In this document: piece by piece, positions 1-13,992 of the stretch
How positions within the stretch are numbered: position 1 is the stretch's first letter
Layout of the letters: each line of letters opens with the position of its first letter
Assembly (NCBI GenBank): GCA_032718475.1
Contig: JAUCBJ010009092.1
Span: forward strand, 1 to 64,000
Direction: 5' to 3'
DNA: 64,000 nt
From: Nemertoderma westbladi
Taxonomy: Eukaryota > Animalia > Xenacoelomorpha
Translations under genes and position numbers: made by a program
Notes under the pieces: model-generated
Told to the model about the DNA's origin: nothing
What the model saw: the letters and a program-made list of their open reading frames with translations, nothing else
The model's database searches: none

Positions 1-52
1 ACGGAGGTGGCAAGTTTTCTTGATCAATGACCTAGAATACCTGACCTGACCT

Positions 53-804
53 GAACATGCTGCTTCTAGTGTTGGTCTTTTTATTAACTCCAGAAAGACC
101 AAAATTCTGACAGTTAACTTTGAAAGTCCTCAGCAAGTCTCTGATCGGATGAGCATAAGCTCAAGGATGGTATGCTTGAGCATGTGGACGACTTCTGTTA
201 CCTGGGATCATGGATCCGGAAGTCAGGTGAGGACCTTCGAATACGTAAGGGAAAGGCATGGGCAGCCTTGAATAGGCTTTCCAGGATTTGGAAGTCACCG
301 AGAATTAATCGGAAACTTAAAGTCCGATAATCTAGAGCAGCAGTAGTTCCGGTACTCCTCTACGGGAGTCCATGCTGGGCTCTAACTACTGAGGACACCA
401 AATCTCTGGATGGCACATTCTCAAGAATGCTACGCCGGGTTCATTGTGTCAAGTACAATGCACACATCTTCAACCAGACACTATATAACATTGGAGGTGT
501 CTCATTGGTTCCCCCAAGCTTGACACTAGAACAAAATCGCCTCCGCTTTGCAGGACATTGCTTTCGCCGTGAGGACCAGCCAGTGCATAATCTTGTACTT
601 TGGCAGCCTCATGGAGTGAATAAGCATGATGGACAGCCCATGACTTTCTTGAGACGCATCTTAAAGGACACTGGCCTTAAAGATGCGGATGATCTAGCAA
701 ATGTCATGGGTGATAGGGAGTTGTGGCGGTGCAATTTTGTTGACAAGCCGGCACAGTATTCTTAAAAATGCAGCTGCATTGCAGCATGCCGATCCTAGTA
801 GTAG
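53..804 (+). mobile_element. 5'-truncated RTE-clade LINE fragment (RT C-terminal region, 3' UTR, (TAG)n tail)
   Basis: Translates as RT C-terminal motifs (DDFCYLGSWI, RKGKAWAAL.RL.RIWKS, RLRFAGHC) with a frameshift and a stop. Nearly identical to 23113-23853. Ends in tagtagtag at 796-804. Confidence 0.9.
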
Positions 805-809
805 GCCCC

Positions 810-949
810 GCCTGGCCCCCTGCCCCCCCTGGCCCCCTGGCCCCCCTGGCCCCCATGGCCCCCCTGGCCCCCCTGGCCCCCCTGGCCCCCCTGGCCCCCC
901 TGGCCCCCCTGGCCCACCTGGCCCCCCTGGCTCCCCTGGCCCCCTGGCC
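810..949. repeat. 9-bp GC-rich tandem repeat (CCCCCTGGC)n, ~15 copies
   Basis: Directly visible. Abuts the LINE tail and produces the spurious (GPP)n ORFs. Confidence 0.9.
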
Positions 950-1690
950 AGGATTTCGGTTATAGTTTTGAGATTCACTCACTCTTTTTAAGATCAAATC
1001 GCAAAATAAATTTGGCTTTCTGACTGAACCCAATACGATATAAACTGCATGTCGAATTCCGTATCATCATAGGTCCTATCATTCATTTGAATAATACATG
1101 GATGGCTTCGTATAGGAGTTAATATCGAAGATGAATGTTACCATAGATACATGACCACTACTACCTATCCATTTACTAACTATCACGGTTATCTTGTGGG
1201 CAATATATTCTCATAGTACATAACGGAATAATAGTACAGAAGTACATAACTTGGCCAAATGGAAATCTCAATTAAATAATAAATAAATAGTTAGAAAACC
1301 CGAAAAGGAGGAAATATTAAATTTATTACTATCCATAATAAATTACTAAATCACTGAACTTTTTACACAATAACGACGAATTACGTCACATTTGTTATGA
1401 CGACCGGATTTTAAATAGTCTCGGGATTTTATGGTTGAGTTTAATGAGTGGGGCTGGGTTGTGGGCGGTAACCTTGTAACTTTGAACATAGGTCATAGGT
1501 TTAAACATACCGGAGCCCCACTCACTCTACCATAACTCTTTTAAAATATCAATTAAATGCTACAATATTTGTATGGTGATAATTCGAAACGTTTCTGTCT
1601 GCTGGTCTCACCTCATTTTTCAATTTTCCAGGATTTATTCGTTAAAAACCGTAAAAAAAATCTATAATTAACAAAACTTATCTACAAAAC

Positions 1691-4600
1691 GCCGGGGTAG
1701 CTCAGTTGGTTGAGCGCCGGGCTTGCAATCTTTTGGTTGTAGGTTCAGCCCCGCCTGGGTCCACTCAGCCTTTCATCCACTGGAGTCGATAAAATGAGTT
1801 CCAGTTTAATTACTGGCAGCAAAACAAGGGATAGGAGTAGCGGCCACTCCTACCTTCGGGTAGCAGATAAGAGTAGCGTCCACCCCTACCTTCAGGTAGC
1901 AGCTAGGAGTAGAGCCCACCCCTTCCTTCAGGTAGCAGATAGGAGTAGCGCCCACCCCTACCTTCGGGTAGCAGATAGGAGTAGTGCCCATCCCTACCTT
2001 CTGGTAGCAGATAGGAGTAGCGTCCACCCCTACATTCGGGTAGCAGATACGAGTAGCACCCACCCCTACCTTCGGGTAGCAGATAGGAGTAGCACCCACC
2101 CCTACCTTCGGGTAGCAGATAGGAGTAGCGCACATCCCTACATTCGGGTAGCAGATAGGAGTAGCGCCCACCCCTACCTTCGGGTAGCAGATAGGAGTAG
2201 TGCCCATCCCTACCTTCTGGTAGCAGATAGGAGTAGCGTCCACCCCTACATTCGGGTAGCAGATACGAGTAGCACCCACCCCTACCTTCGGGTAGCAGAT
2301 AGGAGTAGCACCCACACCTACCTTCGGGTAGCAGATAGGAGTAGCGCCCACCCCTACCTTCGGGTAGCAGATAGGAGTAGCGCCCACCCCTACCTTCGGG
2401 TAGCAGATAGGAGTAGCGTCCACCCCTACATTCGGGTAGCAGATACGAGTAGCACCCACCCCTACCTTCGGGTAGCAGATAGGAGTAGCACCCACACCTA
2501 CCTTCGGGTAGCAGATAGGAGTAGCGCCCACCCCTACCTTCGGGTAGCAGATAGGAGTAGCGCCCACCCCTACCTTCGGGTAGCAGATAGGAGTAGCGCC
2601 CACCCCTACCTTCGGGTAGCAGATAGGAGTAGCGCCCACCCCTACCTTCGGGTAGCAGATAGGAGTAGCGCCCACCCCTACCTTCGGGTAGCAGGAGTAG
2701 CGCCCACCCCTACCTTCGGGTAGCAGATACGAGTAGCGCTCACCCCTTCCTTGGGGTAGAAGATAAGTGTAGCGCCCACCCCCTCCTACCATCGGGTAGC
2801 AGATAGGAGTAGCACCCACACCTACCTTCGGGTAGCAGATAGGAGTAGTGCCCATCCCTACCTTCTGGTAGCAGATAGGAGTAGCGTCCACCCCTACATT
2901 CGGGTAGCAGATACGAGTAGCACCCACCCCTACCTTCGGGTAGCAGATAGGAGTAGCACCCACACCTACCTTCGGGTAGCAGATAGGAGTAGTGCCCATC
3001 CCTACCTTCTGGTAGCAGATAGGAGTAGCGTCCACCCCTACATTCGGGTAGCAGATACGAGTAGCACCCACCCCTACCTTCGGGTAGCAGATAGGAGTAG
3101 CGCCCACCCCTACCTTCGGGTAGCAGATAGGAGTAGTGCCCATCCCTACCTTCTGGTAGCAGATAGGAGTAGCGTCCACCCCTACATTCGGGTAGCAGAT
3201 ACGAGTAGCACCCACCCCTACCTTCGGGTAGCAGATAGGAGTAGTGCCCATCCCTACCTTCTGGTAGCAGATAGGAGTAGCGTCCACCCCTACATTCGGG
3301 TAGCAGATACGAGTAGCACCCACCCCTACCTTCGGGTAGCAGATAGGAGTAGCGCCCACCCCTACCTTCGGGTAGCAGATAGGAGTAGTGCCCATCCCTA
3401 CCTTCTGGTAGCAGATAGGAGTAGTGCCCATCCCTACCTTCGGGTAGCAGATAGGAGTAGTGCCCATCCCTACCTTCTGGTAGCAGATATGAGTAGTGCC
3501 CATCCCTACCTTCTGGTAGCAGATACGAGTAGCACCCACCCCTACCTTCGGGTAGCAGATAGGAGTAGCGCCCACCCCTACCTTCGGGTAGCAGATAGGA
3601 GTAGTGCCCATCCCTACCTTCGGGTAGCAGATAGGAGTAGTGCCCATCCCTACCTTCTGGTAGCAGATAGGAGTAGTGCCCATCCCTACCTTCTGGTAGC
3701 AGATACGAGTAGCACCCACCCCTACCTTCGGGTAGCAGATAGGAGTAGCGCCCACCCCTACCTTCGGGTAGCAGATAGGAGTAGCGCCCACCCCTACCTT
3801 CGGGTAGCAGATAGGAGTAGTGCCCATCCCTACCTTCTGGTAGCAGATAGGAGTAGCGTCCACCCCTACATTCGGGTAGCAGATACGAGTAGCACCCACC
3901 CCTACCTTCGGGTAGCAGATAGGAGTAGTGCCCATCCCTACCTTCTGGTAGCAGATAGGAGTAGCGTCCACCCCTACATTCGGGTAGCAGATACGAGTAG
4001 CACCCACCCCTACCTTCGGGTAGCAGATAGGAGTAGCGCCCACCCCTACCTTCGGGTAGCAGATAGGAGTAGTGCCCATCCCTACCTTCTGGTAGCAGAT
4101 AGGAGTAGCGTCCACCCCTACATTCGGGTAGCAGATACGAGTAGCACCCACCCCTACCTTCGGGTAGCAGATAGGAGTAGCACCCACACCTACCTTCGGG
4201 TAGCAGATAGGAGTAGCGCCCACCCCTACCTTCGGGTAGCAGATAGGAGTAGCGTCCACACCTACCTTCGGGTAGCAGATAGGAGTAGCGCCCACCCCTA
4301 CCTTCGGGTAGCAGATACGAGTAGCGCTCACCCCTTCCTTGGGGTAGAAGATAAGTGTAGCGCCCACCCCCTCCTACCATCGGGTAGCAGATAGGAGTAG
4401 CACCCACACCTACATTCGGGTAGCAGATAGGAGTAGCGCCCACCCCTACCTTCGGGTGGCAGATAGGAGTAGCACCCACCCCTTCCTTCAGGTAGCAGAT
4501 AGGAGTAGCGCCCACCCCTACCTTCGGGTAGCAGATAGGAGTAGCGCCCACACCTACCTTCGGGTAGCAGATACGAGTAGCGCTCACCCCTTCCTTGGGG

Positions 4601-5135
4601 TAGAAGATAAGTGTAGCGCCCACCCCCTCCTACCATCGGGTAGCAGATAGGAGTAGCACCCACACCTACATTCGGGTAGCAGATAGGAGTAGCGCCCACC
4701 CCTACCTTCGGGTAGCAGATAGGAGTAGCGCCCACCCCTACCTTCGGGTAGCAGATAGGAGTAGTGCCCATCCCTACCTTCTGGTAGCAGGTAGGAGTAG
4801 CGTCCACCCCTACATTCGGGTAGCAGATACGAGTAGCACCCACCCCTACCTTCGGGTAGCAGATAGGAGTAGCACCCACACCTACCTTCGGGTAGCAGAT
4901 AGGAGTAGCACCCACACCTACCTTCGGGTAGCAGATACGAGTAGCGCTCACCCCTTCCTTGGGGTAGAAGATAAGTGTAGCGCCCACCCCTACCTTCGGG
5001 TAGCAGATAGGAGTAGCGCCCACACCTACCTTCGGGTAGCAGATAGGAGTAGCGCCCACCCCTACCTTCGGGTAGCAGATATCGAAAGTGGAGTCTTTGG
5101 GTCGCCTCTGGCCTCGGCCGACTGTTTGCTTGGTT
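1691..5135 (+). mobile_element. tRNA-derived SINE with internally expanded 36-bp array
   Basis: Head GCCGGGGTAGCTCAGTTGGTTGAGCG...GGTTCAGCCCC is A-box/B-box-like. Central segment is CCACTCAGCCTTTCATCC...GATAAAATGAG. The 3' part resumes at ~5081 (atcgaaagtggagtc...ggccgactgtttgcttgg). Collinear with the compact copy at 24319-24553. Confidence 0.88.
1830..5080. repeat. 36-bp minisatellite GATAGGAGTAGCGCCCACCCCTACCTTCGGGTAGCA, ~90 copies
   Basis: Directly visible, with 12-aa periodicity in the ORF track. Variant units recur in ordered blocks. Confidence 0.97.
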
Positions 5136-7447
5136 GATCTACATCAATCGTATTTATTTTTCGATTGTGGAATAAAATTGAGATATCAATGGAACTTTAA
5201 TAATCTGCAGATAATCTTCCCCGCTCCCCCCCCCCCCCCCCAAAAAAAAAAAAAATTTAAAAATCCCGCCAGGCCAGCGATGTAAGAGAGGGTGTACAAA
5301 ATTTCGTAGCATTTGATTATTTTAGGAAATGGTGTAGAATTATCAGATTATCAGATTTTGTTTTTCCTAATTGCATGGCAAAAACGTTATTTTGCAATGA
5401 GTTTATCAACAATTTGTATTCGGCCGTTTTTGGTACCATGTAATGTAAGCAGTATCATTCAATAGTCAAACTTATGTTCAATAATTTTTCAATTTGACCG
5501 AGGTTGACTGAACAGGTATTTTGGCTGGACTATATTCAAGATGTTTGTAGTTAAGATCAGCTAGTAGTTAGTTATGCCATTGCTGTGTGAGAAGGACATT
5601 TTGCAGTGTGCTAATTGATCTGTGTGGTTCATTTTACGAACGAATGTAGTGAGTGGTCACGCGTAGTGATGGATTAAAGTAGCATTGTAAGTAGCATTTC
5701 TTGAGCTAACAATGTGTGCGGGCCCTTATAAAGTGTATCAGAAATATCTGCTGATGGATATTTCAGTTTTCAGAAGAATGCCAGGTTTTCACTAAAAGCC
5801 AGGTTTCAGAAGGCCTGAATCTAACCAAAACAATAACCGAATTTGTATCTGTACAGGTTATAAGATTGAATTTCAAATTCTTCATATATAAAATCCCAAT
5901 ATAAATTCGACCGATTTCTATATTTACTAGTTCCAGTCAGATGACAGACAGTCGCAGTCAGGCGTAATATTGAGTGCGAATTACAATAATTTTGTTTTTT
6001 CAAGTTAACAAAAGATACTTTAACTTTTAGTGTTGGCGGTATCCACACCTACTGTGCTATCGGCTACCGTACGCTCTGTATCCCGCTTACACCGCCGGCT
6101 ACGGTACGCTCTGTGATCTCCAATGTGTGTAATGTTTATTACCGGTACAGCACTGGCAGTCAGTCATGTTCCTGTTGTGTTTGTATGACGTGACCTCGTG
6201 GTATCGATCTAATATTGGTGATTCACATTGTAACCTCTATAATAGTATTAGCTATATCCAGAAGCCTACCGGTACAATAACAAAGAGATTACGCTTCAGT
6301 GAACACAAACCCCCCTGGGGAAAATGTTTGGAGAAGAGGAAAACCTAATGCATAATATATTCAGCCGCAAAACTGTCACTAAATGATATTATCTTTGATC
6401 AACTGCCTTTCAATTATACCAGTTGTGTAAGCAATCAGTGTGGAACACAACGAGGCCCATGTTTACCGACACTGATTTAACGAGTAGAAACGGAAATTGG
6501 TTGGCCGCTTCGAATGGAATTCTCGCTGATATAGTGCTGCCGAAATATTTGCTGAAGTCGAACTTCTAATCACAAAATGTTAATTGAACCAACTTTTCAA
6601 CATCATTTCTTCATTTGACTAAACTTAAGAACAAGCAGAAAACATTGTAGCCCTAATCGTTATATTGGACGGCTTCATTATTATTAGTGAATGTGTCAAT
6701 TACTTTTGCTGGATGGAGTGTGTGGATGTATTTATTTAGGTGAGTATTTAGGTGTGTTGTTGTACTATGCGTCGCCACACAATAATGATTATAATATTTG
6801 TGCAGCCAAAATAAATAATTATGGTAAACAAATAAAAAAGTTTCTGTTGATATGCTGAAATCTTTGTATAATTCTGGCTAAAACTTGCGGTCATGCATGG
6901 CATGGCACTGGATAGGACAGTGCCAAGCATACATGATACCGGTAATGTCTCCAACCAAACGCCAATATATACTAATGCACATCACATCAATACTAAAAAA
7001 TGTGGTGTAGAATGTGATAAAAGGATTCTAAATATGTAATAATGTCCAAATTTCTTTTAGCAATAATTATCATTCGCTGGAAGCCATGTATTCTACTTAA
7101 TTACTACCCAGTAACGTTCTGGAACAATTTGTTTATGTATGTGTAGCTACCAATAAATATGTTGAACAGGCATAACATTGTTGCACACCTACAAAATATC
7201 CTGGAATAAAGTGTCTTAATTCAGGTACCTGGAGCCACCAAACTTTGCTACAAATTTTAGTGAGATTACTTAGAATTTGAAATAGATATAGTTTCACCTC
7301 CCTCCTCCTCCGTGGTGGGTGAGCCAGAATTTTTATTTTTGCTTTCAATCTTTGAAAAAGGTATCTCCGACGATATTTCAATTATTCAGTTATTTCATTC
7401 ATATTATTATTCAGTTATTCAGTTATGCAGTTATTCTTTAACCTTAT

Positions 7448-7700
7448 AGTGTGGGGCGAGCGACGAAAGTAAGCTAGCTTAGCATACAGGTACCACTAAC
7501 TTAATCGGTGTGTCTGTTGCTCTGTTGATCTGTTGTTCTGTTGATCTGTCGATCTGTTGTTCTGTCGTTCTGTCGTGTCCAATTTTAAACGTTAATAACT
7601 CAGCCAAATCTCGATAAAATATATCCAAACTTGGTACATATGTAGTCTGGAACAGTTTAGAAATTTTCCAAGTTGAATTTGCTTGGGGTCTTCGTGCAGC
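7448..7700 (+). mobile_element. Helitron/Helentron-associated (DINE-1-like) non-autonomous element
   Basis: gcgagcgacgaa start, CTGT-rich microsatellite and aaacttggtaca motif. A related copy lies at ~57094-57260. Confidence 0.5.
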
Positions 7701-9384
7701 ATCTGTGTAACTGTCTTGCAGTTATAATAAATTTATTTACCCAAAAATTATTAGGCTTGGCATCAGCTGGTTGCTAGGAGACTGCAGGATATATCAGGTT
7801 GGTTTGAAATTCATCAATACCGGTACAATGCAGCAATTAATAATGTGGCCTTGGAAAGTGTGGTAGGGCTATTTAACTTTCTTCAGTCATTCCAGCATTT
7901 CCAGATGCAGAGTTCAGAGTATTCAGTTATTCGCGACTATTTTAGCCATATCATGTACTGGTACGGTACGGTACCTTAATCGTATTAAACATATGTTTTA
8001 CAGTGCGGTACCGGTACTGTTACAGTGGTACAGAGTTACCGGTACCGTCTTCAGGTTGTTGGCACCACCCACCAATCGGCAAAGGCAACCATGGAAGTTT
8101 TGAAATTATGCGGACTTAAGACTGACTGCATTTGTCAGTTTGTACCAGCTGACCTTTATTCCATGTTCCGGATCCACTACTGCACTAGGTACCCCAACAA
8201 CCCTATAATACAATACCCAGCAACGTTTTGGAATTGTACCGGTACTCAAACAACTCGCCATTTTTTGAGTAGTTTGACTGTGGACTTCTATGACATCGAT
8301 GCCAAGATGCCAATGCGAAAGTTTTTTTTAAAGTAAAAGTTTGGTTAAATTTTCTTAATTATTTATTTAAATTTCTTAAGTACCGATTTTGGGATAGAAT
8401 TGCTCAATTTTAATCTGTATCTAATAACCGACCCTCGTCCTGTGCGATGGCCCCACGAACGTGTTGTATGTACCAATGGAAAGCTGTTCGATCAAGGTTT
8501 CAAAAGTAAAAATAATTTAATTTGGATATGAAATAGTTGAAAAGATATGGAATATGGGCATTCGAAAGTTGCTATGAAGGAAGCAAAGAGTAGTATGGTG
8601 TTCTTATTACATAGAATCAAAAAGGCTCGCGCAGGTGCACAACATGCAACTTGGACGCTCATATCTCAGCTATTTTATTCAAATTTGATGCAATCTCATT
8701 AAGATTTGTAGAAAAATGAAGGAGGGGGGTGGGGGGTCCAGGTACGTACTATATTCCAGGACATATGGTGCAACCACAGTAGTAGCAGATAAGAATGTTA
8801 TGTATTTATTAAATATAATAAATAGCCTTCAGCAAACGATAATTCTTGCAATCGTTCAATCAAAACTTCATATATACTGAATATGTATATAAAATAAAAT
8901 ATAAAATAAAAAAAAAATACTGCCACTGGCCGCGCCACGATGCCACCACACTCGGTTATAATAATTGAGTGCATATATGGCATATATAATATAACAAATA
9001 TATTTATTAGTATTAGTCACACTGGCGTTGTGGGCAATTAAATTAAATTAACCTTGTTCGTTTTATTATTTGAAATATTGTAACCTTATATTTTTTTCAA
9101 AGTAACAGATATAAAAAAAATTTAATTAGTATATGAATCATAATATTAGAGACGATAAAATAATAGAGTACGATTGATTAATTTAAAGTTAAGTAACAGA
9201 CAAATAATTATTACGACCGTATAAAATAATGTAAAGTAATTTAACTACTGTAATACTGTATACCGCAATGAAGTAAATGGGGCAACAATGATGGATCCAG
9301 TAACGAGTTTAAAGTAAACAGGTAGAAAGTGGGAACGTGCAATAACATATCAAAAAATAAGTTACGTAAAGAAGGGGCGCTTTA

Positions 9385-10230
9385 ATGGTGAAGATTATGA
9401 GGGGGGCCCAGATCTGGAATAAGCCGCGGGTCATCAATAGAAGATGGCGGTATAGCTTGAAGAGATCTATGTCCTCTCAGACATATGTCTGCTGATCTCC
9501 CCAGACTAAATGAGATCCTGCAACGCAGCCAGTGCGATACAGGTGCATAAGTGGAGCCTCTCTTCTCCGAAAGGAGACCTGCCAAGGTGTGCCATGAAAC
9601 GTCTGCACTCCGGCCCTGCTGCAACACGCACGCTCGACATTTATAATTCTATCATTGTAGGACCGGCGCTTCTTCCCTTCGTGGCTCTTAAGAATAGAAT
9701 CTATTGGAGAGGAGAGATATGATGTTGCATTCGGGTAAAATACACGAACATCGAGTTGGAGAAGCGTCCCCAAAACCCCCTTACCGAAATATCCAGACGA
9801 GCTTCACTGGATGTGTTAGCTGAACCTGGGAATAGGACCTCAGCCGTTATGGGTTGCAGTTTTGGCTCCAATGCTACATCCATACACACCTCATCGCGAA
9901 CATCATTGTGGCGTAATGTGATAAATCTGCCTTTCTTGCAAGAGCATGGTCAGGTGTAAATGAGGCAGAACAGGCACAGGAGGAAGGCATGCCAAATATA
10001 GGGAGGTTGTATCTTAGAGCGATTGCATCTCGATAATCGGATTTGTTTAGGGCAAAACCTTCACACTCTAATGGAAGAGCGGTCAACCATGATGAAGTGC
10101 CCGGGCGCGATGCATGGTCAAGAGCACGTGCCATTGGTGGATTACAAGAGTCCTTGATGATGGCTGCTTTGGTGTTCCATAGCTGTATAGTTCTGGTTCG
10201 AACTACCAAAGTTATGGCTTTCTGAGCCTC
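9385..10230 (-). mobile_element. Degenerate CRE-clade non-LTR retrotransposon fragment (Zn-finger and restriction-like endonuclease end)
   Basis: Frameshifted pieces read SSWLTALPL, YRDAIALRY, C.C..F..DHAL, EPKLQP, RLDISVRGFW, DVRVFYPNA.SY, HEGKKR..Y and WLRCRISFSL. Homologous to 20400-21150. Confidence 0.82.
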
Positions 10231-11079
10231 TGAAGATGAGTGCACACTCGGTTTGGTTTTTATTATTTTAAACTTCAGAACCACCACCAGTGTTCCGCGT
10301 TTCTATTGTCCTACCATCCACCATTTCTCATTAATACGTGGGTGGGCTAAAGCTACACTAGCACTACTATAGTGGAGGCCTACCCATCCATTCCAATTAC
10401 CCAACAGATTCTGTGCGGTGTTGGGAACAATGTTATGTTAGTCATGCGTTTTTGAGAATAAAATAATTATATGTTTTGAAAATTGTATTACTATTCTAAA
10501 TAATTTTGTATTATTTGGTAGCCAACACTCATGTACTCCAAAAATCTCATAAAATTCCCTGTCATCGAAGGAGACATGAGTTTGAATATTAATTAGACGA
10601 AGTTGATTTCATAACGACTATATTCAGCTATACATTTAGCATGCCAAAGGGAAGAGAATGGCTGGATGCACCACCCATGAATTATTCAGCTAAAATCGCA
10701 TAAACTGAGTGCATGCTGGGGCTGAGTAATGTAGTGTATACTGCAACAAAGTAGTTCTCCGCAAAGACTGTCAATTTAATTAGCAACATATAATATTCCA
10801 TATTCACAAACGTGGCATAGTATTGGAACGTTTCTTTGCACAAATAATGGAAATAAACAATTTTATTTTATGTGTTGATATTTACAAAAATGAAAAAATA
10901 TTATCTTTGCAGTAAAGATAAATAAGTCAAGTATTGTTATCTCTCAATGGGACTCTATTTTTTTACTTCCTCAGTCGAAGCCATCCTTTCTTTCAGTTAG
11001 CACGTCTCTGGTTGTCACGACTGAAAGAAAATGGAGTGAGGGTTACAGTTAATGAGTGAGCACTCCACCATTAAATATA

Positions 11080-11288
11080 ATAAATGGCCTGCAGCTGAAA
11101 CAAATACATGCAACTTTCAAATGCCCATATCTCAGCTATTTCGCAACCAAATTCAAATATTTTTATATATTTAGAATCCTTGTACTCCAGCTTTCCACTA
11201 GTATCAACAAATCACTACAAGGTTGAAAAATAACTACGTTGTAACTTGCGCTATATCGACGGAGACACTTTTTTTAAACGCTTGTAGC
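11080..11288. mobile_element. Tc1/mariner-like non-autonomous element end
   Basis: Ends in gacactttttttaaacgcttgta. Dispersed similarity to 56462-56668 (taaatggcct...gaatccttgta...agctttcca...gacacttttttaaaacgctt). Confidence 0.5.
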
Positions 11289-12149
11289 TAAAGATTGAAA
11301 GCAAAAATAACAATTCTGGCTCACCCAGTTATAGTCGAGTAGACGCTTGGTACATTTTACTGACGAACCGTTCTCCAGCGTATGACTGCAATTTTATTTG
11401 CTCATGATGTTGTTCCACATTATAATAATAAATTTTCGCTATAAAGACTTTGGGAAAGGTTGAGCAATTTTTTTGGTGGCCGTTTCTTTGGAGGGTAAAA
11501 TCATAACAAAATTGCCAAAAAATATTAAGCTATGTAGAGAATGTGTTAGCAACAACATTAAACATTCTAGAATATTATGTTTCATGTAATTATTAATAAT
11601 TATATAATGCAAAACACTGCAGTAACAGGCTACATTTAGCCACTGAAAAGAGAGTTGGAGGCGATGACTGCTTCGTCTACTGTAATTGTCTATCATAATT
11701 AAAAAATTGCGATTAATAGTGACATTTATAGTTTTGAGAAAATTGCCTTATCTGCGCTGTTGGAAACGCATGATAAAATGCAGCGATAGCAATCTGAGAA
11801 AGGACTTTTGCCATTTGCGAAACAAGATTGCCGCGATACGAATATTTGGCTGGAAATGTGAAGATTCCGTTGGATCCGGGAGATGGTAACTAGTGAGCTT
11901 GAAGTGAAGACCTAACTATTATGGGAACCCGATTCTATCGAAGTCGTTACGTAACTTTTACAGGTAATAAATATACTTAATGTACGCCGGCATTTAATAT
12001 TTAAAATATCTCCCTATTTAAGAAGATTTGTATTTTTGCTTTACAATTATTGTTTAAAAAGCATTTAAAAACGTCTCATCCAATCTAATTTAGCCACGGC
12101 GGCCGTATCACATCATTTTATAATAGCTATTTTTAATTTTTTGATAGAG

Positions 12150-13320
12150 ATAAATGTTCTAGAACATATTGCTGTACCCAAACATAAAAGAACAGCATTC
12201 TCTATGTGAAGTCTAATTCTGTATAGAAACAATTTGTTGTATATTTTGGAAGCTGCCAGAAATAGAGAAAGATCCAACGATAGTTTGTTATGGTATACCG
12301 AGGTCTCCTTTCTTAGGGAGAGGCTTTAGTTGACTTTTAGTCCATATTGGTAGTGGCTTTTCCCCTTTCAGCATCTGGTTGCAAACATCTAATAATAGTC
12401 TGTTCAGCACTCCTGTTTTACATACCTCTGCAAGGATTTCAACCAATCCACTCGCTTTATGATAGGACATGCTTTTTAATGCTTCTCTGGAGTTCGGCAG
12501 GTTGAAGCGTCTTGCAATATCTTTTCCTTGTAAGTAGGACTGAACTCGATGTTTGGTGGCTGCACTTATACTTTTACTTTAGGCCTACAGCTACACTACT
12601 GTAATAATGCTGCTAGTACGTAATGGTATGGGGTTCTGGATGTTCAAGCTGCTAAACTTTCTCAACTTTGTTGATGTTTTCGTCTGTTGGTTGTTCAGCT
12701 TCCTATATTGCATTATCAGTTCTAAATTTCTACCAGTCATAGTTGATTCGCTTGTTTGTCCTGGGTTTGCTGGCTCTCAAACTGAGTCTGATTCTGCAGT
12801 CACGATTATGAGGTCAGAAGCAATTATAGGTTGAACGAGTTGTATGCCTCGCAGTTAAATGTCCGCAGCTTCTCCTTGCTCTTTTCGAATGCGGTGTTAG
12901 TTAGTATCACTTCACATTTTTTCCTATTATCTAAGAGTAAGCACCCATTTCTGTTCTGCAGAAATGGGATTCTTTCTTTCACCCATTTCTTTTGATCGCA
13001 TTCAGATCACAAGCAATGACTTTAACAATTCGTTTCGGAATGACTTTATAAGTCCAGTCAGATCTTCTAGTCCTTGGCGACTGCTTGTTCTGGCTCTAAT
13101 GCATTGTTTGGACTGTAGCAACACATTAGTTGTCTTGTGATTCCTATTAAAATTGTTGTGGGGTTTTTGATCCTGGAATTTTTATATTTGATGGGGTTTA
13201 GTGTCAGAATTGCAAATGGACTTGGCAAAATTTCTACTCCACCAATTGATACATTGGCTGAATTGCTTTCTGCTGAATTTGCAGAACTGGGAATGGATGG
13301 ACGTTACAAACGACCATCCA
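12150..13320 (-). mobile_element. Heavily decayed RTE-like LINE (APE endonuclease to RT N-terminus), different subfamily
   Basis: Minus-strand remnants include KASG.VEI.AEV.KTG, WTKSQL.PLPKKGDL, CYSPNN and PIIASDL. Many stops and indels. Confidence 0.65.
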
Positions 13321-13327
13321 TGTTGAA

Positions 13328-13400
13328 TTACTGGGAGCAAACCTTGGGATAGGAGTAGCACCCGCGCGCCCCTACCTTCGGGTAGCAGCTATTGAACAGG
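13328..13400 (+). mobile_element. Partial copy of the SINE body (one 36-bp unit plus flanks)
   Basis: ctgggagcaaaccttgggataggagtagc...cctaccttcgggtagcagctattgaa matches 24441-24503. Confidence 0.75.
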
Positions 13401-13939
13401 GAGATTGAGACAGGAAAGGGGGGAAACTTGATACAAATCCCGTCTAGCCTAGGCTAATTACTATTTCGTCTCAATATGTTAAATTTCCAATTTAGGGAAA
13501 GAAGCAGGTTACAGTACCATGTTATTCTTACCAAAACAATAAGCGAAAGTCATAGGAAAGGATATAGTTTTACTTTTGGGAGTAACCAGCTGTTATTTGC
13601 GTCGATTCTTCCCTAGAGAGAGATTAATTTTGATTCCTAGAACTTTTAACTTGACTTAACTTTTAAATTAAATATCATGCACAAAATATAAAGAAAGTCA
13701 ATATATATTTCAGATATGAAGTTTACATCCAACGGATACTGTAGCAGTCAATAATATAAGAAGAGTTTGCTCGCAAGTATTATTCTGGAGAGCGGCTGAA
13801 GACATTAATATGCAGCCACCACTAGCTGTTGACGCAGCAATTTCTAAATTGGGCTTTAAATTTTTATTGCAAGTGTGCGAATAAGGACTGTCATAACGTG
13901 TAAATAAATATATTATTATCAAAAATTAAACAGGATACG

Positions 13940-13992
13940 AATATGTTACAAAATGTGACGGGACGAGATCCCGTCACATTTTGTAACATATT
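13940..13992. repeat. Perfect inverted repeat, 24-bp arms, 5-nt loop
   Basis: aatatgttacaaaatgtgacggga-cgaga-tcccgtcacattttgtaacatatt. Confidence 0.95.

Noticed and set aside
694-1033. Collagen-like (GPP)n ORFs
   Set aside because: They come from a pure 9-bp DNA repeat with no codon variation, fused to a LINE tail, with no signal peptide or splice context.
1691-1765. tRNA gene (Ala/Cys-like)
   Set aside because: The acceptor and T stems are imperfect, the anticodon arm differs between copies, and the sequence continues into the SINE body. It is a SINE head.
1794-5059. 12-aa repeat proteins
   Set aside because: These are translations of the SINE-internal 36-bp array and are open on both strands.
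6690-6745. Possible exon ending in a gtgagt donor, candidate upstream receptor exon
   Set aside because: There are nearby stops, no convincing acceptor and no similarity to Cys-loop sequences.
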